NCBI RefSeq assembly: GCF_009914755.1 | Contig: NC_060933.1 | DNA length: 64,000 nucleotides | Strand: one strand, 5' to 3' | Source: the human T2T-CHM13v2.0 reference genome, Homo sapiens | Shown here: in pieces, positions 1-25,142 of the stretch | How positions within the stretch are numbered: the stretch's first letter is position 1 | How the letters are laid out: each line of letters begins with the position of its first letter | Position numbers and translations under genes: made by a program | Notes under the pieces: model-generated | Databases searched by the model: none | What the model saw: the letters and a program-made list of their open reading frames with translations, nothing else | What the model was told of the DNA's origin: nothing

Positions 1-225
1 AAAGTCAAATTCATAGAAACAAGTAGAATGGTAGTTACCAGAGGCTGGGGGTAGGGGAAGAATGGGGAGTTACTGTATCACAGGTATGGAGTTTCTGTAG
101 GGGAGGATACAAAGGTTCGGAAGATGGACGGCAGTGGTGGTTGCACGACAATGTAAATGTACTTAATGTCAGAGAACTGTATATGTAACAATGGTTACAA
201 TAAACTTTATGTTATGTACATTTTA

Positions 226-228
<3 letters not shown>
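1..228 (+). mobile_element. Old L1 (L1MA/MB) 3' end fragment
   Basis: GTCAAATTCATAGAAAC..GTAGAATGGTAGTTACCAGAGGCTGGGG...AATGTACTTAATG is typical L1M 3'UTR. Confidence 0.8.

Positions 229-268
<40 letters not shown>
229..268 (+). repeat. (CA)n microsatellite
   Basis: About 19 CA units read directly. Confidence 0.95.
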
Positions 269-270
<2 letters not shown>

Positions 271-420
271 GAAAAACATGTAGCAATGCCTTAAAAGTTA
301 AATTTCCAAAATGGAATTCTCCACAGAGGAAATATACCCATCAATCAGAAACAAACTGTTTATGCAAACAATTCCACTCTTACGAAGCTCCTAGAACAAA
401 CAAAACAAAAACAAATGTGC

Positions 421-5555
<5,135 letters not shown>

Positions 5556-7159
5556 TCAAGGTAAAAGCGTAAGTTACCAAAATATTCTTCAAGACCCTTA
5601 AAAATTGTTACCACCACTGAACTGTAAAAATGACTGAGACATGGAAACTAGACCGTAAAAATCAACACCTTCAACTAACATACTGTTAGGAGGAACTTCT
5701 ATGTCCTCCTTTTCTGGGAAATGGAGCTGTGTGTAGTAAATAGGAATGCTTCTACAACAAGTACCCAGTTGCCAGACCATAGGAATTCAGTGTACACTTG
5801 TGTTCCATCATCTATCACTTTCCACTCCCAAGAGTTCTACTACACTGGAACAGGTTCCAAGAGAATTCTCAGAATAGAAACAGACAAGAGCAAAAGATTC
5901 TAAAAATAATCCAGTAGAAACTCAAACATACCTATCTCAAGTTCTTGAGGGGCAGGAAGCACCAGGTTTACTTCAATCTATCCAACCAAATTTTGAAACC
6001 CGTATTTATCTCACCTCAAAGTGAATTAAAGATGTGATAGATTTTAACACAGGTAAAGAACTGCTGCTACATTTTTAACTTCTTTAGAAACAAAATCAGC
6101 AAAATATAATATAAAGCTTCCTATTAACGATTAAAGTGAAAAAATTGTCTAAATGTAATGAGGAAAGAAAGTGTCCGGCCGAATAAACCAACCTGATAAA
6201 ACTACAAAGATATTCTCTATGAAAGGAATAGTTTTGGAAAAAAGTTTTAACTGCCTAAAAAGTTTTGTTTCCGTTTTTGTTTTCTTTTTCATAGACATAC
6301 GATCTTCCCATATTTGCCTAGGCTGGTCTCAAACTCCTGGGCTCAGGTGATCCTCCCACCTTGGCCTCCCAAAGAACTAGGATTACAGGCCTGAGCTACC
6401 ATGCCCGGCTTAACTGCTGTTTTTTTCAAGGACCTTTCTGAAGATAAGATACCTCAGTGAAACAGCCGCATTTTCAAGTGATGTCAGTTTAGACTTAACT
6501 GAAAATGGTTGACTTAACAACCACCAACATTTCTGTTAAAGCTTACATAAGCACAAATTCATCTAACTTTAAGGCATACAAAAAACACGGTCGGGTAAAA
6601 ACTTTTCTAAAAACCATGTATATACCCTAAACGAAAAGCAAGGACACATTTTATCATTCTGAAAAGTTACAGAACACTTGCTGACAACATACTGAGAAGA
6701 GGGAAGATTTCAACAGACATTTAATAAAAGTTTGAACAGTTAATTAAATCCCAAACTACATACGTACACTGCATGTATTTAAGACAGCATCACAAAGCAT
6801 TGATTGGAAGATAGTTCTAAAACCAGGATGTTGACACACTTGTGCAAAGTATCTCAGCTACTACATCAAATAAATTTACGTTTCAGGAACAGAAAAACTA
6901 ATGTTTTTTTCAAACCAAATATAATTCAGATGACATGAATTACATAATGGGCTAAGGGTTCAACTACTAAAAACAGGATACACAATTTATGTTAAAGAAG
7001 CAAGTCTTCATCAAGAATGTCCAGAGATGCTGTTCACTGAGTCATGAGACCAGTGGTGCAGGGTCTATCTTAAACTGGCAAGGATGGGTCTCAGGTCCTT
7101 CATCTATATATGTCCACTCATTCCCAAAATCTAAAACCAATGGTAATGACAATACTAGC

Positions 7160-7386
7160 AGAAAGCACATACCATTCACTATGTGCCAGACACCATTCTA
7201 AGCACTTTATATGTACAGTATTAAGTCACTAATCTTTCCAACACTCTAGAGTACACATTACTTTACTCCCATTTTACAGAGAGGAAACTAAGATACACAG
7301 AGAATCACAGCTAGTAAGTGGTGAAGGCAGTATTCAAACCCAGGACATTTGGCTCTACAGTGTGTGCACTTAACTATTATGCTATG
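7160..7386 (-). mobile_element. MIR
   Basis: MIR core CCCATTTTACAGAGAGGAAACTAAG...CACAGCTAGTAAGTGG...ATTCAAACCCAGG. Confidence 0.8.
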
Positions 7387-7501
7387 TTGTAAGGCTAACT
7401 GTTCAGTCACAGATAAATAATAGTTCCCAATTCAGCTTCTTCTTCTATACAACAGCATAACTATTGTTGGCATCACCTGCAAAGCTTGTGCCTGATGACA
7501 A

Positions 7502-7523
7502 AGATCTGGTCTAGACCAGATCT
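7502..7523. repeat. Perfect 22-bp palindrome AGATCTGGTCTAGACCAGATCT
   Basis: Identical to its reverse complement. Confidence 0.95.
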
Positions 7524-8888
7524 CACCTAGCTTCTCAGCCTTTCAGATACCCATATGTTCTATACTGGTATATTTCTGTGACCACTACTATTATTTTTGT
7601 TTAATTTCTAATCTGTGTTCCCGCATTTTCTACTAAGAAAACAGTCAATATTCTCAACCTTCTCTGCAGAGGAAATTCATTTATTCATACCTGCAGAAGA
7701 CAAAATTAGCTCAGATTAAGAATCTGAGGCCAAGGCCAGGTACGGTGGCTCACACCTGTAATCCCGGCACTTTGGGAGGCTGAGGCGGGAGGATTACTTG
7801 AGGTCAGGAGTTTGAGATGAGCCTGGCCAACATAGTGAAACCCTACCCTACTAAAAATACAAAAAATAAGCCAGGTGTGGTGGCGCATGCCTGTAATCCC
7901 AGCAAATCGGGAGGCTGAGGCAGGAGAATCCACTTGAATTTATTTATTAAAAAATAAACAAAAGAATCTGGCCTGGCATAGTGGCTCATGCCTGTAACTC
8001 CAACAGTCTGGGAGGCCAAGAGGGGGAGGATCGCCTCAGCCCAGGAGTTTAAAACCAGCCTGGGCAACACAGTGAGACCCCATTTCTATTATTTAAAAAA
8101 GAAAAAAATAGGCCAGGCACGGTGGCTCACGCCTGTAATCCCAGCACTCTGGGAGGCCAAGGCAGGCGAGTCATGAGGTCAAGAGATCGAGACCATCCTG
8201 GCTAACACGGTGAAACCCCATCTCTACTAAAAATACAAAAAAAAAAATTAGCCGGGGGTGGTGGCGGGTACCTGTAGCCCCAGCTACTCAGGAGACTGAG
8301 GCAGGAGAATGGTGTGAACCTGGGAGGCAAGAGCTTGCAGTGAGCCGAGATTGCACCACTGCACTCCAGGCTGGGCGACAGAGCGAGACTCCATCTCAAA
8401 AAAAAAAAAAGAAAAGAAAAGAATCTCAACTAAATTAGGAGGCCCAGAACAGCCACCAAGACAAAGTCTACACCCGTAATCGAGGAGAGAACAAGGTATC
8501 TAGGGTGCCAAGAAACTCAACTATGAGATCCAATTCCATGCAGCTCAACTGCTTGTACCCTGCATGCCAGGAGCTGAACAAGCTGATACTTTTATTCTCT
8601 GCAGCTGTTAAGGGCAGGGTCAGGCCTCTAGCAGCTGATGGACAAGGTTGAACTCCCCTACACCCACACTTCGCTGACAGAAGAATCACAAAGTTATCTG
8701 CTGTTCCATGGATATAACCTGCCCATGGAAAGGATGAGTGCTGGTGAACTCAAACACTATAGGACATCAAAATTTATTTGATATCGTCACAATTCTCTTT
8801 CAGGTTACCTAAGGCCACGAAAGGAATTAATTGCCCATAGCTGTTTGCACACATCTGTCCTATTCCTATCCTGCTAATTCAGCTGTAA

Positions 8889-9101
<213 letters not shown>

Positions 9102-9377
9102 TAGAGATGGGGTTCACCATGTTGGCCAGGCTGGTCTCAAACTCCTGACCTTAAGTGATCCGCCTACCTCAGGCTCTTAAAGTGCTGGGATTACAGACAC
9201 GAGCCACTGCGACCAGCCTTAAACCTTGTCTTTTGCCCAGCAGGTAACCAGGACTCTTCACCCTGGAATCTCTTGAAAAGCATGTAATTATTCATAACCA
9301 GTCTTCACCACTACTTATAACAGTTCTCTCTCTCCTACAAAAAGGAAAAAAAAAAGCAAAAAAGCCTATACTATAAA

Positions 9378-9453
9378 GCAGGGATCCCCAATCCCCAACT
9401 CCCAGGCTGCAGACTGGGGTAATTAGGAACTGGGCCGCACAGCAGGAGGTGAG
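9378..9453 (+). mobile_element. MER1 (hAT-Charlie) terminal fragment
   Basis: CAGGGATCCCCAA...TTAGGAACTGGGCCGCACAGCAGGAGGTGAGC. Confidence 0.65.
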
Positions 9454-9784
9454 CAAACCTGGGCGGCGTGGCAAGTCCTCGTCTATACAATAAATTTTTT
9501 TTTAATTAGCCACGCTTGGTGGCGCACACCTGGAATCCCACCCATTCAGGAGGTTGAGGTGGTAGGAATCCTTGAGCTTAGGAGATCAAGGCTGCAGTGT
9601 GCTATGATCATGTCACCGCACTCCAGACTGGGCAATAGAGTAAGACCACATCTCCTAAAAAATAAAAAAAACTCTTAACAGTTCCTAAAGAAATTAAACA
9701 GTTATGATAAAGACCAAGCAATCCTACTCCTGGGTATGCACCCAAGAGAACTGAAAACACGTTCACCTAAAAATGTGTACATAG

Positions 9785-12670
<2,886 letters not shown>

Positions 12671-13574
12671 CCAAAAAATTTAAAAAGTGCTAATAAGTTG
12701 CCAACTTAACATCCTCATCCATGTCAAATTCTATCCCTAAACGTAGCTAAACACGGCTCTCTCGCCAACCATGTTCAGCTGCAGGAATCCCCATCTATCC
12801 TCTCTTGAAAGGATGAAAGTAAGAACAAATTAACTCATAGATTTAATACCAACAGCACAATAACCTTGGTCTGTGATAAAGACTCAGGCATATTTCTGTC
12901 TTTATACACTCACACTCCCTCTGCCCTGAGTCTCCAGCTCTGCATCCACCAAAGTAAGATTAACTTCCCACTAGTTACTCTGTCCCAAGGCTTCACAGGA
13001 AAGGGGATAAAGGAGGAAAACCACCTTCCCCCTTTGGCCAGTCAGAAGGAAGGAAGATATCAAAATATAGGCTAACCTACCTCAGCTTTCTTAGGGATAC
13101 AAGTTCAATAAAACAATTTTTCTTCTACTACAGTCATGATGACCACAACCAGTCACAGAGATTAAGAATCTTTGTTTCTTAGGCTGGGTGTGGTGGCTCA
13201 TGCCTGTAATTCCAGCACTTTGGGAGGCCGAGGCAGGCGGATCACTTGAGGTCCGGAGTTTGAGATCAGCCTGGCCAACATGTCAAAACCCTATCTTTAC
13301 AAACAATACAAAAATTAGCTGGGCGTGGTTGCACGCACCTGTAATCTCAGCTAGTCCAGAGGCTGGGGCACGAGAATCACTTGAACCTAGGAGGCAGAGG
13401 TTGCAGTGAGCCGCCACTGTACTCTGGCCTGGGCAACAGAGCAAGACCCTGTCTTCAAAAAAAAAAAAAAAAAAATCAACATCTTTGCTTCTTGATACTC
13501 TAAGCCACAATGTTTAACTCTTGCTTCTTATTTTCAAGAACAGAAAAACCATGACAGTACTCAACACACAGTAC

Positions 13575-14588
<1,014 letters not shown>

Positions 14589-15226
14589 TAATGAAGACCA
14601 GATGACCTAAAATAATAGTTCTCATTATTCACATCTCTGCAGGAACCATTTCAACATTTGGCACTCAAATGTCACAAATTCACAATTTATTTCACAAGTG
14701 ATTTATAAAAGTTCAACATACCTATTAAGTCATTTTGAGACAGTTACATCATCTCTAGGTTTTATTACAAGCCTAAAATATAAATACTGATTTAATACTT
14801 CAGAAGTTTTTCATTATAGTTCTTCAACTTTCCTCATGAATCCAGGATATCAAGTCCTGGTTTTTCTTTTTTTAGTAAAAGTATATTGCTTTTATTTTAC
14901 TGACATCCTTATTACTTAATCACTCATGCCAAAAGCAACTTTCTTAAAAATGTCTGTTACCTAAAGAATGTATCTATCAAAACAAAGTCATGCCATCCAT
15001 TTAAACATTAACACACCTGCCACATAAGTATCTGGTCCAGTTTTAATCCAAATACAAAATTCCTTAATAAAGAAAACACTACACTAATGAGAAATACCCC
15101 ACATCCTTATATGTCTAAAGAACCACTCAACTGGCTGGGCACAGTGGCTCACGCCTGTAATCCCAGCACTTTGGGAGGCAGAGGCGGGCGGATCAGGAGG
15201 TCAGGAGATCAAGACCATCCTGGCTA

Positions 15227-15466
<240 letters not shown>

Positions 15467-15764
15467 TTACTCTCAAAAACAAAGGCTCAGAAAAATTACC
15501 TTCCAAGCACTCCTGAAACTTCATGTTCTATCTTGTAAGCAACAACTACATAAACTGTATTTCACAAAATGAATACATTCACTGCCTCCATTTCCTCACT
15601 AAACATCTCCTTAACCTTCTGTATTCTGGTTTCCATCACCCTATCACTCTAACAGTAGGAAAAATGCTACTCCCTAGGTCACCACTGGTCTCCTAATTGT
15701 CAAATCTTTCTTCTGTTCTCATTCTTTCATCTGTCTCTGTCATTCAAAACATTTCATACGGCTA

Positions 15765-16268
<504 letters not shown>

Positions 16269-16718
16269 TCAAAAATAAAGAAAGAAACAAACAAACACTA
16301 TCAACAAAAACTGTCAACTTCTGTTCACAAACCATCAACTCCTCAATAAAATGCAAACTGTTTATTCCTTCCAATCCCTACACTTGGTCAAACCAGCCTT
16401 GGTATTCTCCTAAATCGTCCCTGCCTTTTTGCCTTCACGTTCCACAGGCATGTTTACTCAAGGACATACTGCACATTCTCTCTTTTTTTTTTGAGTGGGG
16501 GAAATCGCTTGAGCCCAGGTAGGTTAAGGCTGCAGTGAGCCTGATCGCATCACTGCATTCCTGAGTGACAGAGTAAGACCCTGTCTCAAACAAAATAGAA
16601 CAAAGCAAAATAACAGCAAATTCTAATAAAACTAAACTCTGAATACAACATTTAAAGTGTTTTAACAATTTAATTGTAACTTCAGGAATTTGATACTTTT
16701 TTCTTTTTTTTTTTTTGA

Positions 16719-16829
<111 letters not shown>

Positions 16830-17149
16830 TAGCTGGGGTTACAGGCACCCACCGCCATGCCCGGATAATTTTTTATAATTTAATAGAGATGGGGTTTCTC
16901 CATGTTGGTCAGGATGGTCTCAAACTCCCGACCTCAGGTGATCTGCCCGTCTCGGCCTCCCAAAGTGCTGGGATTACAGGCGTGAGCCACCGTGCCCAGC
17001 CTTGATACTTGATTCTATAGGAAGAATCTAAGAAAACTAAGGCTCAGCCTCCCCAGCTCAAGGAATCCTTGCCAAATACTCAAGCTCAATTCAACAATGC
17101 TTTTCTCTGTCACAGCCAGCAGTACCCTGGAATCCTATACACACATTTA

Positions 17150-17272
17150 AACTGTGTGTGTCTGCTCACCAACATGTAAGCAACTGAAGATCAGGAACCT
17201 ACATTATTCATCTGTATTCTAGCATCTAACATTGTTGACAACTGGCAGCAATAAATATTCGTTCAAGTGAAC
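17150..17272 (-). mobile_element. L2 3' end fragment
   Basis: ATGTAAGCAACTGAAGATCAGGAACC..TTCATCTGTATTCTAGCATCTAAC..CAATAAATATTCGTTCAAGTGAA. Confidence 0.55.
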
Positions 17273-17593
17273 ACCTATAGAGTAGCATATACCATTTGCG
17301 CAGGGAGAACCATCATTCAGGCCTAATCTGCAGTAATGTAAATTTAGCATTCACAGAAATAACAGAGAATATACTACCTTAAGTTTTTCTCTTTTTTTTT
17401 TTTTTTTTTTTGAGACAAGGTCTCATTCTGTCTGCCCAGGCTGGAGCACAGTGGTGCGATCTCAGGTACCTCACTGACCTCTGCCTCCCCTCCAGGGTTC
17501 CAGCAATTCTCCCGCCTCAGCCTCCCAAGTAGGTGGGACTATAGGCATGTGCCACCACACCCAGCTATTTTTTTTTTTTTTTTTTTTTTTTGA

Positions 17594-17776
<183 letters not shown>

Positions 17777-18332
17777 TAGCCAGGATGGTCTCGATCTCCT
17801 GACCTCGTGATCCGCCCGCCTCGGCCCCCCAAAGTGCTGGGATTACAGGCGTGAGCCACCGCGCCCAGCCCACACACAGCTAATTTTTGTATTTTTTGGT
17901 AGAGGTAGGGTTTCACCATGTTGGCCAGGCTGGTCTCAAACACCTGACCTCAAGTGATCCACTTGCCTTGGTCTCCCAAAGAGCTGGGATTACAGGAGAG
18001 AGCCACTGCGCCCAGCCCATATACTACCTTAAGTTTTTACTAATGTAATTGTTGCCTCACTCCCACAAATCAAAGGAAACTTTCATCAGTGTTTCAAAAC
18101 TTAGGGTTGGCATAGCAGTCATGGAATACATATTTTTAGACTTTCCAAAAGCCCCAAAAAGTTACATTTTATCCTACAATAAATTAGCAATTTACTTAGC
18201 ATTGATGAAAATTACCTGAACTAAGTAACAGCAGTAGTTATTTCTTGCTTATCAGATGACCTGACTGGCAATTATATCTGATAAATAATTGAGAAAATAA
18301 TCATCTGAGAAAAGGATTATCACTCAGTAGTG

Positions 18333-18458
18333 TACTTCAGTCACAATATGTAAATACACAAACCCTGACTGGATGGGAAAAGAGGCTATAAAAATACTTC
18401 AGTGACAATATGTAAATACAGAAACCCCGACTGGATGGGAAAGAGGCTATAAAAATAC
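18333..18458 (+). repeat. Imperfect tandem duplication, 62-bp unit x2
   Basis: Copies start at 18333 and 18395 and differ by about 3 substitutions and a 1-nt indel. Confidence 0.9.
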
Positions 18459-18874
18459 ATTTTGTGGGCCTACAGCAGCTGCTCACGCCTATAATCCCAA
18501 CACTTTGGGAGGCTGAGGTGAGCACTTGAACCCAGAAGTTGAAGACCAGCCTGTGCAATATGATGAAACCCTGTCTCTACAAAAAAAAAAAAAAAAAAAA
18601 AATTAGCTAGGCACGGTGGCACAAATCTGTAGTCCCAGGTACCCAAGAGGCTAAGGTGGATCATCTGAGCACGGGGAGTTCAAGGCTGCAATGAGCTAGG
18701 ATTGCACCACTGCACTCCAGCCTGGGAAAAAAAAAAAAAAAAAGGTCGGGCGCGGTGGCTCCTGCCTGTAATCCCAGCACTTTGAGAGGCTGAGGTGGGA
18801 AGATCATGAGGTCAGGAGTTCAAGACCAGCCTGGCCAACACAGTGAAACTCTGTCTCTATTAAAAATACAAGCC

Positions 18875-20422
18875 TCCCCTCTCCCCACGGTCTCCCTCTG
18901 ATGCCAAGCCAAAGCTGGACTGTACTGCCGCCATCTCGGCTCACTGCAACCTCCCTGCCTGATTCTCCTGCCTCGGCCTGCCAAGTGCCTGCGATTGCAG
19001 GCGCGCGCCGCCACACCTGACTGGTTTTCGTATTTTTTTGGTGGAGACGGGGTTTCGCTGTGTTGGCCGGGCTGGTCTCCAGCTGCTAACCGCGAGTGAT
19101 CTGCCAGCCTAGGCCTCCTGAGGTGCCGGGATTGCAGACAGTGTCTCATTAACTCAGTGCTCAATGTTGCCCAGGCTGGAGTGCAGTGGCGTGATCTCGG
19201 CTCACTACAACCTCCACCTCCCAGCCGCCTGCCTTGGCCTCCCAAAGTGCCGAGATTGTAGCCTCTGCCCGGCCGCCACCCCGTCTGGGAAGTGAGGAGC
19301 ATCTCTGCCTGGCCGCCCATCGTCTGGGATGTGAGGAGCCCCTCTGCCCTGCTGCCCAGACTGGGAAGTGAGGAGCGCCTCTTCCTGGCCGCCATCCCGT
19401 CTAGGAAGTGAGGAGCGTCTCTGCCCGGCCGCCCATCGTCTGAGATGTGGGGAGCGCCTCTGCCCCGCCACCCCGTCTGGGATGTGGGGAGCGCCTCTGC
19501 CCCGCCACCCCATCTGGGATGTGAGGAGCGCCTCTGCCCGACCGCGACCCCGTCTGGGAGTTGAGGAGCGTCTCTGCCCGGCCGACCCGTCTGAGAAGTG
19601 AGGAGCCCCTCCGCCCAGCAGCCGCCCCGTCTGGGAAGTGAGGAGCCCCTCCGCCCGGCAGCCACCCCGTCTGGGAAGTGAGGAGCGTCTCCGCCCGGCA
19701 GCCGGCCCGTCTGGGAGGTGGGGGGCAGCCTCCGCCCAGCCAGCCGCCCCTTCCGGGAGGGAGGTGGGGGGCAGCCCCCGCCCGGCCAGCCGCCCCGTTG
19801 GGGAGGTGGGGGGCGCCTCCGCCTGGCCGCCGCCCCGTCCGAGAGGTGGGGGGGGCGCCTCTGCCCGGCCACCCCTTCTGGGAAGTGAGGAGCCCCTCTG
19901 CCCGGCCGCCACCTCATCTGGGAGGTGTACCCAACTGCTCATTGAGAACGGGCCATGATGACGATGGCGGTTTTGTCGAATAGAAAAGGGGGAAATGTGG
20001 GGAAAAGATAGAGAAATCAGATTGTTGCTGTGTTTGTGTAGAAAGAAGTAGACATAGGAGACTCCATTTTGTTCTGTACTAAGAAAAATTCTTCTGCCTT
20101 GGGATGCTGTTAATCTATAACCTTACCCCCAACCCCGTGCTCTCTGAAACATGTGCTGTGTCCACTCAGGGTTAAATGGATAAAGGGCGGTGCAAGATGT
20201 GCTTTGTTAAACAGATGCTTGAAGGCAGTTAAGAGTCATCACCACTCCCTAATCTCAAGTACCCAGGGACACAAACACTGCGGAAGGCCGCAGGGACCTC
20301 TGCCTAGGAAAACCAGAGACCCTTGTTCACTTGTTTATCTGCTGACCTTCCCTCCACTATTGTCCTATGACCCTGCCAAATCCCCCTCTGCGAGAAACAC
20401 CCAAGAATGATCAATAAATACT

Positions 20423-20444
<22 letters not shown>
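18875..20444 (+). mobile_element. SVA retrotransposon, older type (SVA_B/C-like), with almost no 5' CCCTCT hexamer; antisense to the host gene
   Basis: Residual hexamer TCCCCTCTCCCCACGG, Alu-like domain (~18890-19260), GC-rich VNTR (~19260-19925), SINE-R (~19925-20420), AATAAA at 20413-20418, poly(A), and TSD AAAAATACAAGCC (18862-18874, 20445-20457). Confidence 0.95.
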
Positions 20445-20454
<10 letters not shown>

Positions 20455-20651
20455 GCCGCACACGGTGGCTCACGTTTGTAATCCCAGCACTTTGGGAGGC
20501 CGAGGCGGGCGATCACCTGAGGTCGGGAGTTCAAGACCAGCCTGATGAACATGGAGAAACCCCGACTCTACTAAAAGTACAAAATTAGCCGGGGGCATGG
20601 TGGCACATGCCTGTAATCCCAGCTACTTGGGAGGCTGAGGCAGGAGAATCA

Positions 20652-22770
<2,119 letters not shown>

Positions 22771-23697
22771 GGCTGGGGTGGTGGCTCATGCCTGTAATCC
22801 CAGCACTTTGGGAGCTCAGGTGGGCGGATCATGAGGTCAGGAGTTTGAGACCAGCCTGGCCAACACAGTGAAACCCCATCTCTACCAAAAATACAAAAAA
22901 TTAGCCAGGCGTGGTGGCGGGCACCTATAATCCGAGCTACTCGGAAGATGGAGGCTGGAGATTCGCTTGAACTTGGGAGGTGGAGGTTGCAGTGAGCTGA
23001 GATCGGGCCACTACACTTCAGCCCAGGCGATAGTGCAAGACTCCGTCTCAAAAAAAAAAAAAAAAAAGGAACAGTAGAACCTGCAGAGTGACTCATACCT
23101 ATAATCCCAGGACTCTGGGAGGCCAAGCAGGAGGATCACTTGAGTCCAGGAGTTCAAGACCACCCTGGGCAACATAGCTAGACCTTGTCTCTATTTTAAA
23201 ACAACAACACAAAGGAATAGTAAACCTATAATGTAGGGTAATGGTTACCTCAAGGAAAGCGAAAAGAAATGCCTTGGGAGCTGGCATACACAGGAGACTT
23301 CCAGGTAGCAGTAATGTCCTATTTCTTGGTTGTTCATTTTACTTTTTTTTTTTAATTTTACATATGGGGCCAGGCATTAAGCTCACACCTGTAATCTCAG
23401 CACTTTAGTAGGCCAAGGCAGGAGGATCACTTTAGCCTAAGAGACCAGCCTGGGCAACATAGCAAGACTCCTCTCTACAAAAAGAAAAATTAGCTGAGCA
23501 TGGTGATGCATCCCTGTGGTCCAAGCTACTCAGGAGGCTGAGGTGGGAGGATGCCTTAATCCTGGGAGATAGAGGCTGCAGTGAGCCATGATCATGCCAA
23601 GACACTCCATCCTGGGCGACAAAGCAAGACCCTGTCTCCAAAAAAAACAACTCTACATATGTGTTTACCCCCAACCACCTTCTACGTTATACAATGA

Positions 23698-23901
<204 letters not shown>

Positions 23902-24057
23902 TAATTTTTGTATTTTTAGTAAAGACAGGGTTTTGCCACGTTGTCTAAGCTGCTCTCCAACTCCTGGGCTCAAGTGATTCACCTGCCTCGGCCTCCCAAA
24001 GTGCTGGGATTACAGGCATGAGCCACCACACCCAAACTATGCTGTATTTTTCAATAA

Positions 24058-24456
<399 letters not shown>

Positions 24457-24798
24457 TAATCTCAGCACTTTGGGAGGCCGAAGCAGGTGGATCACCTGAG
24501 GTCAGGAGTTCAAAACCAGCATGGCCAAAATGACAAAATCCTGTCTCTACAAAAAATACGAAAATTATCAGAGCACGGTGGCAGGCTAATCGCTTGAACC
24601 CAGTAGGCGGAGATTGCAGTGAACAGAGATCACACCACTGCACTCTGGCCTGGGTGACAGAATGAAACTCCACCTCAAAAAAAAAAAAAAAAAAAAAATT
24701 AGCCGGGCGCGGTGACTCACGCCTGTAATCCCAGCACTTTGGGAGGCCGAGGCGGGCAGATCACACACGAGGTCAGGAGATCAAGACCATCCTGGCTA

Positions 24799-25142
<344 letters not shown>

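Noticed and set aside
19260-19925. Repeat array superficially like a CRISPR array
   Set aside because: Degenerate ~35-50-bp tandem units with no unique spacers; this is the SVA VNTR in a primate genome.
18820-19942. Long ORFs of 365 aa and 245 aa on the minus strand
   Set aside because: They are translations of the GC-rich SVA VNTR and Alu-like domain; low-complexity, stop-poor sequence and not genes.
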